From sequence record NC_041911.1: DNA of 64,000 nucleotides. The stretch is one strand, 5' to 3'. Below the pieces are notes generated by a model. The model had not been told where the DNA came from and made no database searches. It worked only from the letters and a program-made list of their open reading frames with translations. A program made the translations under genes and the position numbers. Positions 37,619-48,900 of this stretch are shown in pieces (position 1 is the stretch's first letter; each line of letters starts with the position of its first letter).

Positions 37619-39097
37619 TTATACCAGCTGGGTGTCTTTGGCAGTAAACACCTGAACCTGGTTAGCAGCAACCGGGTCCATGGCCTTACCGATCCAGCGG
37701 CACACGTACTCGGTCACCGAGATATTCGCAGCTTCGGTGGCGTTCAGGCCGGGGTTGTTTTCACGAGCACGCTGCATGCCGGAGAGGATCTCGTAGGCAT
37801 CGGTCTCGTAGAACCGAGCTTCGCAGGCCAGACGCAGCGCCAGCGAGCTGAGATCATCGAAGTCCTTCGGCTGCAGGGCATGCGAGAGTTTGAGGATCAT
37901 CGCGCGCGACGAAGCACGTTTCTGCACCGGGAAGTCTTCCGGCGTGTAATCACGCGCCAGGTATTCCCACTCGCACACCAGAGCTTCACGCATCTTCAGC
38001 AAACGCTTCTGATCGTAGAAGGCACGGTTGTAAGCGTAGTGACGGCTCCAGGTCGATTCCAGCAGGTCCTTGTTGGCCAGCAAGCGATCCAGACGGACTT
38101 CCTTCTGCGGCTGCAGCAGGTTGCCCAGCAGGACTTCGTTCGTGCCACCCTGGGTAAGGAAGTCACGATAGACGGCAGCGTTGACGATCAGCTTGACAGC
38201 GCCACCCGGCGAGGTTTCAGTGCCGATGACCAGAATGCCGGATTGGCTGTCGCGGTCGAGGCGTTCGAGTTCGTGGCACAGACGCAGGCCCGATTGAGTA
38301 CGGTAACGCACCATGGCGTCTTCGTACGCAGCCGAGGACATGTTCGCACCGTCCAGCGGCGCATTCCAGATGCGGCGAGTAACGAGGAACACCATCAGGG
38401 CAGTGTCGACGTTTTCACGACCACTGATGAAGGCATCCAGCCCACTGCTCGGCACCGGGTCGGTAAAGCGACGGCAGAAGATCTCTTTCCAGCGAGCAGC
38501 CAGCCAACCTTCTTCCTTCTTGGCGAAGTGTTCAGCAATGGCGGCATCCACCGAAGCGGCGCCAGTCATCATGAACGTACGGATCTGGTTGTCGTCCAGC
38601 TCGGGCATGCCGCTGAGCAGTTCTTCACGGGTGAAGACGGCATCACGGTTCAGCTGGATCGAGCTGATCAGCGACGGCTCCGACAGCGGGCCGGGCTGGG
38701 TGTGCATCACGACTTCCACGCCGTTGTCCGGGTTGCCGCCGATCAGTTCCATAGCCTGGGTCAAACGACCGGCATAGGCATCAACGAACGGCGCTACCAC
38801 GGTACGGGCGTAGAACAGGTGCTTCTGCAGCTTCTCAGCTAGGAAGTCCGAGGTTTCTTCCATCCGGGCGGTGTGCTCGGAATAGCCGGTAGCGTTGCTG
38901 GCCTGATCAGTCAGGGCACACATCGCTCCCAGATCGTGGTGATATTCCCCGCCCTGCTGTGCCGGGTCGAAGTTGATGTAGGTTGCAGCAACCAGAGTGG
39001 CAAGCAAACTGCCAGGCTTTGCAACAAGCGCGATGTTTTTTTCATCGAGGGCCTTGGTGGTGATGTAGGTGCTTTCAGCAGCTTGGAGAGTCAGCAT
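37619..39097 (-). CDS. Virion-associated protein (phiKZ gp177-like position)
   Basis: 492-aa ORF with GGAGG RBS and biased codons, in the conserved block. Confidence 0.6.
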   Translation of the reverse strand: MLTLQAAESTYITTKALDEKNIALVAKPGSLLATLVAATYINFDPAQQGGEYHHDLGAMCALTDQASNATGYSEHTARMEETSDFLAEKLQKHLFYARTVVAPFVDAYAGRLTQAMELIGGNPDNGVEVVMHTQPGPLSEPSLISSIQLNRDAVFTREELLSGMPELDDNQIRTFMMTGAASVDAAIAEHFAKKEEGWLAARWKEIFCRRFTDPVPSSGLDAFISGRENVDTALMVFLVTRRIWNAPLDGANMSSAAYEDAMVRYRTQSGLRLCHELERLDRDSQSGILVIGTETSPGGAVKLIVNAAVYRDFLTQGGTNEVLLGNLLQPQKEVRLDRLLANKDLLESTWSRHYAYNRAFYDQKRLLKMREALVCEWEYLARDYTPEDFPVQKRASSRAMILKLSHALQPKDFDDLSSLALRLACEARFYETDAYEILSGMQRARENNPGLNATEAANISVTEYVCRWIGKAMDPVAANQVQVFTAKDTQLV

Positions 39098-39100
39098 TTC

Positions 39101-39295
39101 TTAGCCTCCGGTGCGCTTGGCGATTTCTTGCTGGAAGATCACCTGTGCAGTGTTGTAGGTAGTCTGACGCGACAGCTCGGTGCCTTGCAGCGTACGAGAG
39201 ATCGCGTCAGTGTTGAGCTTTTCGATGACCCGAGCAGCGAGTTCGGCTCCATTGGCCAGAACCGCCGCGGTCATGACGGATTGCTTGTTTTTCAT
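39101..39295 (-). CDS. Small hypothetical protein
   Basis: 64-aa ORF with biased codons, ending 3 nt before the next start. Confidence 0.6.
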   Translation of the reverse strand: MKNKQSVMTAAVLANGAELAARVIEKLNTDAISRTLQGTELSRQTTYNTAQVIFQQEIAKRTGG

Positions 39296-39393
39296 GAGAC
39301 TGTTGGTCCGCTGATGTTGGTAAGAAAAATCCGCGTGTAGCGTGACACATGAAAGAGGCTACGTGGCGTGAACCACGTAGCCTTTTATGCCAC

Positions 39394-42300
39394 TTAACCG
39401 CCGCGGTAAGCCTTGATTACCCGTTTCGCTGCTACCATCAGCAGCGTCGTGGTGGTTCCAATGAGGTACGGCGAGGTCACGATACGATCCGCCACCGATT
39501 TAGCACCGAAGATAGCGTCAATCTCGACACCCGACTCCGAACGAACGTTGTCGTTGAATACCCGTCCGAAAACGGTCTTCATCTGGTTACCGAAGACGCC
39601 CTTGTCACCCACGCCGGCAGACACCTTCGCACTCATGTAAACACGAATGCAAGCAGTATCCATCAGCAGGGGGTCAGTGCCAATGCGGAACTCATCAGAC
39701 ACTTGGCCGGAGTAGGCCTTACGTCCAATGGAGGTGTTCCGGGCAGCGATCTTTTTATCCGAGAACATTGCGAGGGCGCGCAGAGACGGACTCATGTCTT
39801 CGAGATCGCCGTTGTAGTAGACCTCGATGCGCTCGATCTTACCCTTGATTTTGGCCTGGGGAGTTTGGGCACCCAGAACACGCAAGGTGTCCAGAGTTTC
39901 CTCGTCCAGGAATTGGTTTCGGGCCGAAAGCGCATCTTCAATGATGCATAACATACTTTCGGGCTCTACCGCTTCCCCTTCCTTAACCATGCGGTGAATC
40001 TCCTGGTCGAAGTTCACCACAATGTCCTTGATCTTGACCTGTTCCGTGATCAATTTCTTGGTCAGCTTCACAGAGATCGCAGACGAGTCCTCAAGAGTAT
40101 CCGGCGACTCCATCAGCGCCACTTTTGCCAGCGTTGCGGACTTCCAGATGATCTGCTTCGGATTGAGCATATCGCGCTCAAAGAACCCCGTGTTGTAGGC
40201 AATCGGCTCACCTACTTCAAAGGCTTGACCTTCCACCATATCGGTAGCGATGGTGTGCGGAATCGTGAGACCTGCGGCATTGCCGTAGCGACGCCCCAGC
40301 ACCACGCCCAGCTTCTCACCGTCAGCAAACTCGACAATGATACCGTCGGGCTTGACCGAGAGCACCTTACCGGGTTTCTTGGCCGTGACTGCGAACATGT
40401 CGCCCACGCGGTGGGGGATCACCTGCTCGTAGCCAGTCCGAACCATCGCCTGAGTGTAACCATCGCAGGCTACTACGTGACGGTTCTGAATACCGATAAA
40501 GTTCACCCGTTTCGGGTCGTCCTTGGTGGAACCAGGCGATACCAGCGCCGAGGTCGACAGCAGCGAAGTCGCACCACCCGTTGCCGGGTCATACGGCTTG
40601 CTCGTACCGCGCAGCGAGTTAAACTGCGGGTCAGCCGACGTAAACACGTTGATAGCCACATCGGACGAGTCCACCGTCGACTCAGAGATCACCCCCATGT
40701 CGTTGCGGTGGTAGATACGCGTAGACTTCACCATCGAGCGCGAACCACGACCACCCGTACCCGAGTAGGTCACTGCTTCGTTTTCTTTCAGGTTCTGGAT
40801 CGGGTTGATTTCCGATACCTGATCCTTGGCCGGGTCTTGCTGGATCGCAATCCACACAGCGTACGGATTGACTTCCAGACCGTAACGATGTTTGCCCGGA
40901 CGACCGTTGTGGATACGAACGGCACGCACCAGTTCCGAATACACGGCACCAGCAAAGCGCTCGTAGCCCTTGATCCGCATGTAGCGGGTATCTTGGCTAT
41001 CCGGGTGTTTGTCGTCAGTGAGCATTTCGCTCGCCCGCACCAACAGCTTGGTAAAGACCGTCGGTTCACCCATCTCGATCAACAGGTCACGGGTAATCGG
41101 ATCGACAAACATCTGTTCCAGCTGATCCAGCTCACGCAAGTAACGCACACCCAACTTCTTCTCTTCGAAGAGGTTGAAGTACACGTCCTTTTTGTTAAAC
41201 TCCTCGCTCGGGAAGCGAGAAGTCGTTTCGCTGAAATCACGCCAGCCACCCAACACCATCGTCGCCAGCTTGTCGCGACGCGAGAAGACGTACGTTTTGT
41301 CGTCGAAGTTAATCGACCACTCATCGTCCACCAGACCAGCGCGCTTACCCACCGGCACGATTCGCATCGACGGCGGATTCAACATGTGCAGTACGGCATC
41401 CCAGCCCAGCAGATAACCCAGTACCACACCCACCGGCACCAACTTACTGAACACCTTCAGTTCAGCAAACTCCACAGGGGCCTTACGGGCATCCAGACCG
41501 AGGATAGTCTCGATCGATGGAGCTGCACGCATCTCACCCTTGTACTCGTGGATGTAGAGGTTCTCGTCCCAGCCTACCAACAGCTCGGCCTTCGTTTCCT
41601 CATGCACGCCCATTACCACCATTGCTGGTTTCATGCGCAAGGTGATCATCTTCGACATGTCGAAGCTACACTTGAACGGCTTGCCTTCCACCATCAGCGT
41701 GAATTCACGGAAACCCATGGCAATCGCGCTGTAGGTACGCGGCGCGTAGACTTCCTTCTCGAAAGCCGAGCCCGGGATCATGTTGGTCACGATAGTGTCC
41801 GACACGTTCAGGCCGTGAGCCATGATCGCATTGCGAATCCACTTGCCCCAGTCGTTCACACGACGTTGGCTGCGTTCGGTGAACACCTTACCGTAGTAAC
41901 TGGTGAGAGCTACTTGGTCAGGTGCGATCTTACGGATTGGCATGTCGCCACGCTGCATCCGCATACGGTAGTTCACACCGTTGATCTTGAAGTTGCCTTC
42001 GTCGTCGACTTTCGGGATCTTCATTGGGATCGTCGAAGCAGCACCTTCAATCGGCTTAACGCGGATGCTGTACTCGTAATGAGAGCCGGTGATGTCTTCC
42101 ACCTCTTCCATCTCGTAGCTGTCAATCATAGTGCCAGCAGCTTGCAACTGAGATACCATCGACGAGATGTCGCGCTGCATCACTTCGCGAGAGTAGCGCT
42201 TGTTCCAGTCCAAGAGCGAACTCTTGAGCATGGTTTTGTCCACGATGGTTGCTTGGTCGGGAATCGCGGGCGACTCTTCGATCTTCAACTTCTCGGGCGG

Positions 42301-43845
42301 AACTTTGACGAACTCAGCCATTGTGCCTTCATGACCAAGCGGCGCAGGTGACTCATTGAAGCGTTGGCTAGCTTCCTGCATGCGACGGTATTCAGCCGCA
42401 GTGATAGCGCCGGTGTCAGCCGAACGAGCCAACAGAGCCTGGAAGGCTTCGTTGTGTTCCGTCGGAAAGAACTTCGGAGCCTTATGCGGCTGCATGTGCT
42501 CCGGAACATCACTCTGTCCTTGTGGCTGACCATGAGCTGCTTGAGCTTCGTGGTGCTCCGGCTGTCCGTGCGATGTCGCTGCCACTGGGTGTGCAGAGGC
42601 ATGGACTTCGGCCTGTTGAACCGGACTGTCGTCGATACCGGAGTCAGCTTCTTCCGTTTCATCCGGAATCTCGGGCAACGGAGCATGCTCGTCACCCTGA
42701 CCCGTGATTTCCAGCGCTTCCAGATCCTTGTCGATCTCAGCCAAGAGATTCAGACGATCAGTTTCCTCGTCATAGCCAGCGTAAGCTTGCGCTTCGGTCA
42801 ACTCACCGTCTTGTGTCGACGAAACCCGCGGAGAACCACTGGCTTCATCGGGAACTTCATCCGGTTGAGCGTCAGACTGCGCGGCTTGATCATCCAGTAC
42901 CTGCGTACTGCCCTGAGTGAGATCATCGTCGAGGCTTTCCGGCAGATCCTTGTTACGGACTTCGGTAATGGCCATCAGCATGCGCAGGAATACCTTTTGC
43001 AGCTGCGACGGTGCCCAGTTACCTTCCTTAATAGGAGGCAGTTCCGGGTTCTCTTCCAGACGAGCGGCGTACTCGGCTTCCTCGTGACGCGACGGCTTGC
43101 GCCATTCTTCGAACAGCGCCAGATCCAGAATAGTAAAGCGCTCACCTTCACGCAGGATCAGCTTCACATTCGAGATATCCGGAATGTACTTGTGGATCAG
43201 ACCAGTATGACGGTCTTCACCCATCCAGATCCAGAGATGATGCAGGAAGATCAGCTCGTAGCTGTTGAACACGCGCATGTTCTGCGTATTCCAACCCATC
43301 ACCGAACGATCCAGCACCGAACGAGCTGGTAGCTGCTGCGGCAATTGCAGCTCGATGTACTGATGGTAACCGGTCTTGGTGTTCTCGCCGATCGTGTGGA
43401 ACATCGTCGCGAAGACGTTGTGCCAGCGATTGTGGAACGTGAACAGGTTGCGCTGGTACTTGAAGCGAGTCAGCAACAGACCGTAGTTGTGCGTCACGAT
43501 AGCGCGCGGATCGCGCTTCATCGTTTCGACATCCATCGATGCACGGAACCGCGGGTTCTTCTGACGGAACACACGGATCTTGGCATTGACATCACCCGGA
43601 ATCGGACGCGGGTTACCGCGATTCTCCACCAGAGTGGTGTGGTGAGTGATGCGCAGAGGCTTGGTGTTCCGCTGATAGAACAGCATGTCTTCACTCGGCC
43701 ACGGGTTGGTTGCCGACGGACTGATGTAGTGAACCATCGCCAGATTCGGCAACTCGAACCGTGTCACCAACGGGATCGGCGGCTGAGTGAATTGCGCTGT
43801 TTTACGCAACACGAAGTTGCGGTAAAAAGTTTGGTATTGAATCAT
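39394..43845 (-). CDS. Virion RNA polymerase beta subunit, N-terminal part (phiKZ gp178-like)
   Basis: 1483 aa with KDDPKRVNFIGIQNRH, ALMESPDTLEDSSAIS, GDKGVFGNQMK and DAIFG beta-type motifs, plus an acidic low-complexity insertion near aa 300-470. Confidence 0.9.
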   Translation of the reverse strand: MIQYQTFYRNFVLRKTAQFTQPPIPLVTRFELPNLAMVHYISPSATNPWPSEDMLFYQRNTKPLRITHHTTLVENRGNPRPIPGDVNAKIRVFRQKNPRFRASMDVETMKRDPRAIVTHNYGLLLTRFKYQRNLFTFHNRWHNVFATMFHTIGENTKTGYHQYIELQLPQQLPARSVLDRSVMGWNTQNMRVFNSYELIFLHHLWIWMGEDRHTGLIHKYIPDISNVKLILREGERFTILDLALFEEWRKPSRHEEAEYAARLEENPELPPIKEGNWAPSQLQKVFLRMLMAITEVRNKDLPESLDDDLTQGSTQVLDDQAAQSDAQPDEVPDEASGSPRVSSTQDGELTEAQAYAGYDEETDRLNLLAEIDKDLEALEITGQGDEHAPLPEIPDETEEADSGIDDSPVQQAEVHASAHPVAATSHGQPEHHEAQAAHGQPQGQSDVPEHMQPHKAPKFFPTEHNEAFQALLARSADTGAITAAEYRRMQEASQRFNESPAPLGHEGTMAEFVKVPPEKLKIEESPAIPDQATIVDKTMLKSSLLDWNKRYSREVMQRDISSMVSQLQAAGTMIDSYEMEEVEDITGSHYEYSIRVKPIEGAASTIPMKIPKVDDEGNFKINGVNYRMRMQRGDMPIRKIAPDQVALTSYYGKVFTERSQRRVNDWGKWIRNAIMAHGLNVSDTIVTNMIPGSAFEKEVYAPRTYSAIAMGFREFTLMVEGKPFKCSFDMSKMITLRMKPAMVVMGVHEETKAELLVGWDENLYIHEYKGEMRAAPSIETILGLDARKAPVEFAELKVFSKLVPVGVVLGYLLGWDAVLHMLNPPSMRIVPVGKRAGLVDDEWSINFDDKTYVFSRRDKLATMVLGGWRDFSETTSRFPSEEFNKKDVYFNLFEEKKLGVRYLRELDQLEQMFVDPITRDLLIEMGEPTVFTKLLVRASEMLTDDKHPDSQDTRYMRIKGYERFAGAVYSELVRAVRIHNGRPGKHRYGLEVNPYAVWIAIQQDPAKDQVSEINPIQNLKENEAVTYSGTGGRGSRSMVKSTRIYHRNDMGVISESTVDSSDVAINVFTSADPQFNSLRGTSKPYDPATGGATSLLSTSALVSPGSTKDDPKRVNFIGIQNRHVVACDGYTQAMVRTGYEQVIPHRVGDMFAVTAKKPGKVLSVKPDGIIVEFADGEKLGVVLGRRYGNAAGLTIPHTIATDMVEGQAFEVGEPIAYNTGFFERDMLNPKQIIWKSATLAKVALMESPDTLEDSSAISVKLTKKLITEQVKIKDIVVNFDQEIHRMVKEGEAVEPESMLCIIEDALSARNQFLDEETLDTLRVLGAQTPQAKIKGKIERIEVYYNGDLEDMSPSLRALAMFSDKKIAARNTSIGRKAYSGQVSDEFRIGTDPLLMDTACIRVYMSAKVSAGVGDKGVFGNQMKTVFGRVFNDNVRSESGVEIDAIFGAKSVADRIVTSPYLIGTTTTLLMVAAKRVIKAYRGG

Positions 43846-43847
43846 GG

Positions 43848-45842
43848 TTAATCCAGACGAGCGATGTCAAGCGTGTCCTGATCGATGAACTTGATCTGAA
43901 CTTCCTTAACACCTTGGTCGTAAAGCTTGCGCAAACGATGGTTACCGTCGAGGACGTAGATCTTGCCTTTCTCACGAATGGCGATCAACGGGAACTGGGT
44001 ATCAGCGTTCTTCACGCGATCTGCATCCAGATCCTTAGCATCCTTGACATTCCACTCGACGTCCGACATCTTCACCGTTTCCGGTTTGATGTGTTCGGCA
44101 ACATCGAGTACGTCATTCAGATCGTACTTCACGCCCCAGTGGGAGAATGAGCCACCTTCCTCTTCCTGATAGCCTTCCAGCGCATTTACCAGCGAGAAAC
44201 TCTCGATGGCAGGCTTGGCTGGTTCACCGGTGAGACTATGCAGCACTAGCTCCACGGTATCCACCGCGCAACTATAGAGCAGCTTGCCATCAGTACCGAT
44301 ATAGGCTTTCTTAGTCTGGAAGAACTTCTCAGCTTCAGCAATAGCTTCATCCGAGTAAGCGATGTTGCCAGAGGCAGTGTCGCCATCGAAGTCAGCGCCC
44401 AGACGCTTCAGGTGGCTGGAGTGCGGGATCAGAGAGTTCACGAAAGCAGAACCCTGAACCGGGAACTCGTAGGCAACATAATCGTCACCTGCATCGATCC
44501 AGCTCTCATCCAGCATGCGGCGTTCTTCGTAACCAACCGTCACACGCAGGTGCGTCTTACTCGGATAGATCGAGCCGATACCCGTTACCGGATAGCGAGT
44601 CACGAAGAGCGGGTATTTACTGAACTTGCGATACACGGACAAATAAAACAAGTCCGTGAGCGTCAGCGGCCGCACGTGTTCGCGCAGCCGAGTCGGAGGC
44701 AGTTGATTGATGTCATTGAACACCTTGAACGTACCATCCGGCCCCAGATACAGCAGACCCAGGTAGTAACCGTCAATCACCAGCGGGGTGTTGCGGATGT
44801 CCTCTTCCTTGAAAGAAGAGATGATCTTTTCGATCCCTTCCGTCGTGGCCCACTTGTCGTAGTAACGCACGTGCAGGAAGACATCACGAGGCCGTAGGGT
44901 CTTCGGATCAACCAACACAGCGGGCGAATTGACGTCCGGGAACATCGGTGCGAGGAACTCGCGTACAGCGGCAACCGACACTGGCAACGAGGCCTGGAGA
45001 TATTGGTATAGACCGATGATCGTGGAGTTGAAGCCCGGGGTGCCTTTTTTGCCCAGAACCGGCACTGCCGTGTTCATGGCAGTGATCACGTTTCGTGTGC
45101 CGTTGAAGATACGGCGGGAAGCAACTTTACCGAGGAAGAGTTTCTTCTTCCCCTTGATCAGCGCTTCGATCATGTCGTACAGCGCCACGAAGTTCAGCTG
45201 CATGTCAAAACGCGGCTTGTCAATCACTTCAGCGTTGGTGTCGATAGACGACTCAACGATCACGTTCGAGAGTGCGATGAACTTGCGGTACAGAACGTTG
45301 ACTTCGTCTTCGCTCTTGCGGTTGAATTCATCGATTTCCAGATCGCGCAAGCCCGCTGGCATCACGACGATGTAGCGGGTAAGTCCCGTCTCTTTATGCG
45401 CTTCGACGAGCTTGATGTACTCGCTACGCAGGTTGGAGTTACCTTCCTCGTAAACGATGTCCTTCCAGTGCTCCAAGAAGAACGCATAGCCCGTGCGAGC
45501 CCCTTCAGAGGGCTTGGCCTTTACGAAGTCCTTCTTGCTGTCGTCCCAGAGCGCCCACACTTTGCCAGCCATGATGTCACCATACATGCGCTTGAGCTTG
45601 GTGATCGCCATGAAAATGAGCGGGTGGAAAATGGGCGCCTTGACGTCGATATAACCAAACAACAGGTTTCGTCGTTCGTCACCGACCCGGCCAAAGATTT
45701 CGGTCGAGAAGAGGCCTTCCGGGTGAAAGTTGGTAGTCGCGCCATCCAAGATGTCGAGCGCTTTCACCTGCTTGACGCTCTTCAACTTTTCAGGTGTGAG
45801 ATGGAGCAGCCCGATGTTAAAGGGCACAGACATTTTTTGCAT
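43848..45842 (-). CDS. Virion RNA polymerase beta-prime subunit, catalytic part (phiKZ gp180-like), with a C-terminal ParB/Srx-like extension
   Basis: FHPEGLFSTEIFG, VVMPAGLRD, RYPVT and the catalytic LGADFDGD. The extra C-terminal domain has FPLIAI...YVLDGNHRL. Start set at MQKMSV. Confidence 0.9.
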   Translation of the reverse strand: MQKMSVPFNIGLLHLTPEKLKSVKQVKALDILDGATTNFHPEGLFSTEIFGRVGDERRNLLFGYIDVKAPIFHPLIFMAITKLKRMYGDIMAGKVWALWDDSKKDFVKAKPSEGARTGYAFFLEHWKDIVYEEGNSNLRSEYIKLVEAHKETGLTRYIVVMPAGLRDLEIDEFNRKSEDEVNVLYRKFIALSNVIVESSIDTNAEVIDKPRFDMQLNFVALYDMIEALIKGKKKLFLGKVASRRIFNGTRNVITAMNTAVPVLGKKGTPGFNSTIIGLYQYLQASLPVSVAAVREFLAPMFPDVNSPAVLVDPKTLRPRDVFLHVRYYDKWATTEGIEKIISSFKEEDIRNTPLVIDGYYLGLLYLGPDGTFKVFNDINQLPPTRLREHVRPLTLTDLFYLSVYRKFSKYPLFVTRYPVTGIGSIYPSKTHLRVTVGYEERRMLDESWIDAGDDYVAYEFPVQGSAFVNSLIPHSSHLKRLGADFDGDTASGNIAYSDEAIAEAEKFFQTKKAYIGTDGKLLYSCAVDTVELVLHSLTGEPAKPAIESFSLVNALEGYQEEEGGSFSHWGVKYDLNDVLDVAEHIKPETVKMSDVEWNVKDAKDLDADRVKNADTQFPLIAIREKGKIYVLDGNHRLRKLYDQGVKEVQIKFIDQDTLDIARLD

Positions 45843-45861
45843 CGTAATCTCGTTTGGAATG

Positions 45862-45890
45862 TTATGCAGTAAGCGTTGACTGCTGCATAA
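45862..45890. promoter_or_regulatory. Inverted TATG pair, candidate bidirectional late promoter
   Basis: TTATGCAG-N13-CTGCATAA in the short gap between the divergent beta-prime and tape-measure genes. Confidence 0.4.
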
Positions 45891-45959
45891 ATCGCGCAGA
45901 CGCTGCATCACCAGATAGGTGGTGCTGGCGGCTGCATGGATTAAAGGAGCTTTTTGAAA

Positions 45960-48900
45960 ATGGCTACGATTGGTTTTAAGGCCAGTGACCAGAAGCTGAT
46001 GGACGATTTTGATAATTTCAATTTCGACGACTTCAACTTCGATGTCCCGGAGCCAAAAGACGACCGTCATCCGATTGTCAAGGCACTGGCGCCTATCGGC
46101 CGTGGGGCCAAGAACTACATTACCGATGCATCGAGCATCGAGAAGTTCGTTAAGGCCGCTATGCCGCGCGGCTATGGCCAAGCTTACGACCTCGCTCAAG
46201 AGGCGCGTAGTGAGGTGAAGCAGCTATACAATAGCGTCGGGGAGGAGATCAAGCCGGTTAAGGAATCGGCAAAGACTCTGATGCGCAAAGCGCTGCCCGC
46301 ATTGGATGGCAAGATCCCTAAGGGTCTGAAGGAAAAGCTGGAAGCCTTCTCGAAAGAAGAACAGCAATGGCAAGCCCGCCAGGGTGATCGCCGTGAAGAG
46401 CAACTGGGTGATTTGCTGAAGAGTATCTTCGAGCAGAAAGCCACGGATCAAGTTGCGCAACGTAACGAACTGAATGAACGCGAGAAAGTCCGTCAGGGCT
46501 TCGAGCAGATTCGTCACCGCGACCAAATCAGTCAGCTGGATGCTATCCGTCTGGCTGTCGAGTCGCAAGCTCAATACCAGAACAAGATCGGTTACAGCGT
46601 CCAGAAGAAACAACTGGAACTGTCCTATCGTACGTTCTGGGCAATGGCTGATCTGAATAAGGAACAGAAGCGGAGTAACGCTGAGTTCCTGTCCGAGCTG
46701 AAGGCAGTTACTCGTAACACCAGTCTGCCCGACATGGCTAAGATCAGCCTGATGAAAGACTACAAGTCGATCATCCGCAACAAGTTCTTGGAGAACGCCC
46801 GTGAAGGGATGTTCGGTGGTGCGCAGGACTATTTCCGTAAGTTCTCGCGCAACATCAAGGACCAGGTCGTAGGACGTGTCCGTGATTATGCCGGTATGGC
46901 TGGTACGATGAGTGCTGGTGCAGAAGGCATGGCAGGGATGATGGAAGGCATGGGTGACATGCCTGGCTTCAATGCACGCGATGAAATGATCGCTGGCTTG
47001 ATGCATCTCCCGATGGACTGGCTGGCAGAAAAGGCAGGCCGCAAGGCTAACGCTATTCTGGCCAAGAACAAGAAGCTGCGTCGTGGCGGTAGCCGTGCGT
47101 CGTACATGGTCAATACGGTCGGCGATCGTATCCATGAACAGCTGACTGATCCGACCAAGGGTTGGGGTAGTCTGGAAGGCCTGCGCGAACTACTCGCTAG
47201 CGCAGCACCATCGAGTGTGCCGGATTCGAAAATGGAGGTCGATTCGCTCGACCGTGCCCATGAGCCGCGCCCGTTCTCTCGCGGTAATGCCAAGAGTCTG
47301 GATGAAGTAATCCCGGGCCTGCTGGCACGTATCCATCGCGAGATCAAGATTCTGCGCACGGGTGACGAAAGCACTCCGCTGGTCACGTACGACTTCGCGA
47401 AGAACAAGTTCAGCACCGAGAAGCAGATGGGTTCGGATCTGCGTAAGCGGATTGCCGGTGGTAACACCGACCGTGCCAATCACTTCGCCAACAACATCAT
47501 CAACCGTATCGATCGCGGCAAGAAGCTGACGCCTGAACAGCGTGAGCGTGCCCGGCAGCACTTGATTGAGCGGGCAGTGATGGGTGAGTCGATTGACATT
47601 ACCAAATCGCACCTGGGTAGTCACTGGGGTGGTGGACAGGATGGTCAGGCAATCGCTGATTCGTTCAGCCGTTATCTGCGCTCCACTGATGGCAAGCTGG
47701 GCAACAACGATCAGGCGTACAAGCGTCAGATCGAACTGATGCAGCAGCATCGCGGTATCGTCGGCGGTATTGGCGACCCGCGAGTTCTGCTGCAACAGAT
47801 GGTCAACTCCGGCCAGCTGGAAACCCTCAAGAACATCGGTATTATCGATGAGAACAACAACCTCGACCGCAAGGCCTACTCCCAGTGGCTGATGCATGCA
47901 GAAGAGGCTGATCTGTCATCTCCTGCTTCCACTACCTCTGGAGGCGGTAAGTCGTTCCGCCGTACTCCGGGTTCGCGTCGTCGTGCAGCGCCTAGCGCTG
48001 GTATGAGTGACTTCATTCCGCGTACGTCGAGTAAGGGCGCAATGGGCGGTGGCGCAGCTCATGAGCTGCGCAGCTTGAACGAGTCGCTCTCCAACAGTAC
48101 GGTCGAAAAGAACGTACAGACGATTGCGGATCTTCTGGCAAGCTTGGATTCCAAGTACGCTCATGCTGCAGAAGTCAACTACCTTACGCTGCAGGCAATG
48201 CTGGACCAGTTGATCGCTATTGCTTCTACGAGTGGCGGAATGGGTGGTTCTGGTGGACAAGGTCCTCTTGATCTTCTCACCAAAGGTAAGCGTGCCTATA
48301 CCTCGCTGTGGGAGCACGTGAAGGGTTCGAGTCGTGAAGGCTTGGATCGGATCAAGGCCCATGGTAAGTCGATGGCTGCTCGCGGTATGCAGCTATGGGA
48401 CAAATACTCTCCTGGCGCTAAACGCCGGGTGGGCGATATCCTAGGCGCTGGTCGTGACAAGTTGAAAGACATGCACGGTCGTCTGCGCGACTACTACGGT
48501 GACGTGGTGGTGAGTGGGGAAAGCTTCCCGCGTCTGCGCGCTAACCTGCTTAAAGCGGGTGAGTATCGCGACCGTCTGACGGGTCGAGTGCTCACTTCGT
48601 TGGAAGACATCACGGGTGATGTGGTGGATTCTTCCGGTAACTTGGTGATCACGCTGGACGAGTTCTACAACTCCTACGTGACCGGCACGATCAACAAGCG
48701 AGTGCGCGAGCTGTTCACCAACGTAACCTCGAAGCTGGCCGATTGGAAGTCTCGGCTACAGGTCTTCATCCCGAGCACCATCCGGGATCTGAAGTCCAAG
48801 GCATTGGGTGCGTTGAACCGCGTGAAGGAAATGCTGCCACCTTACGATGTGTACGTGAAGAACGACATGTCGAAGCCGCTGCTGTTCGCCAACATGTTCC

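Noticed and set aside
45843-46199. N-terminal 119-aa extension of the beta-prime ORF shown in the ORF track
   Set aside because: It overlaps the divergent tape-measure gene. Homology starts at MQKMSVPFNI, so the start was reset to 45842.
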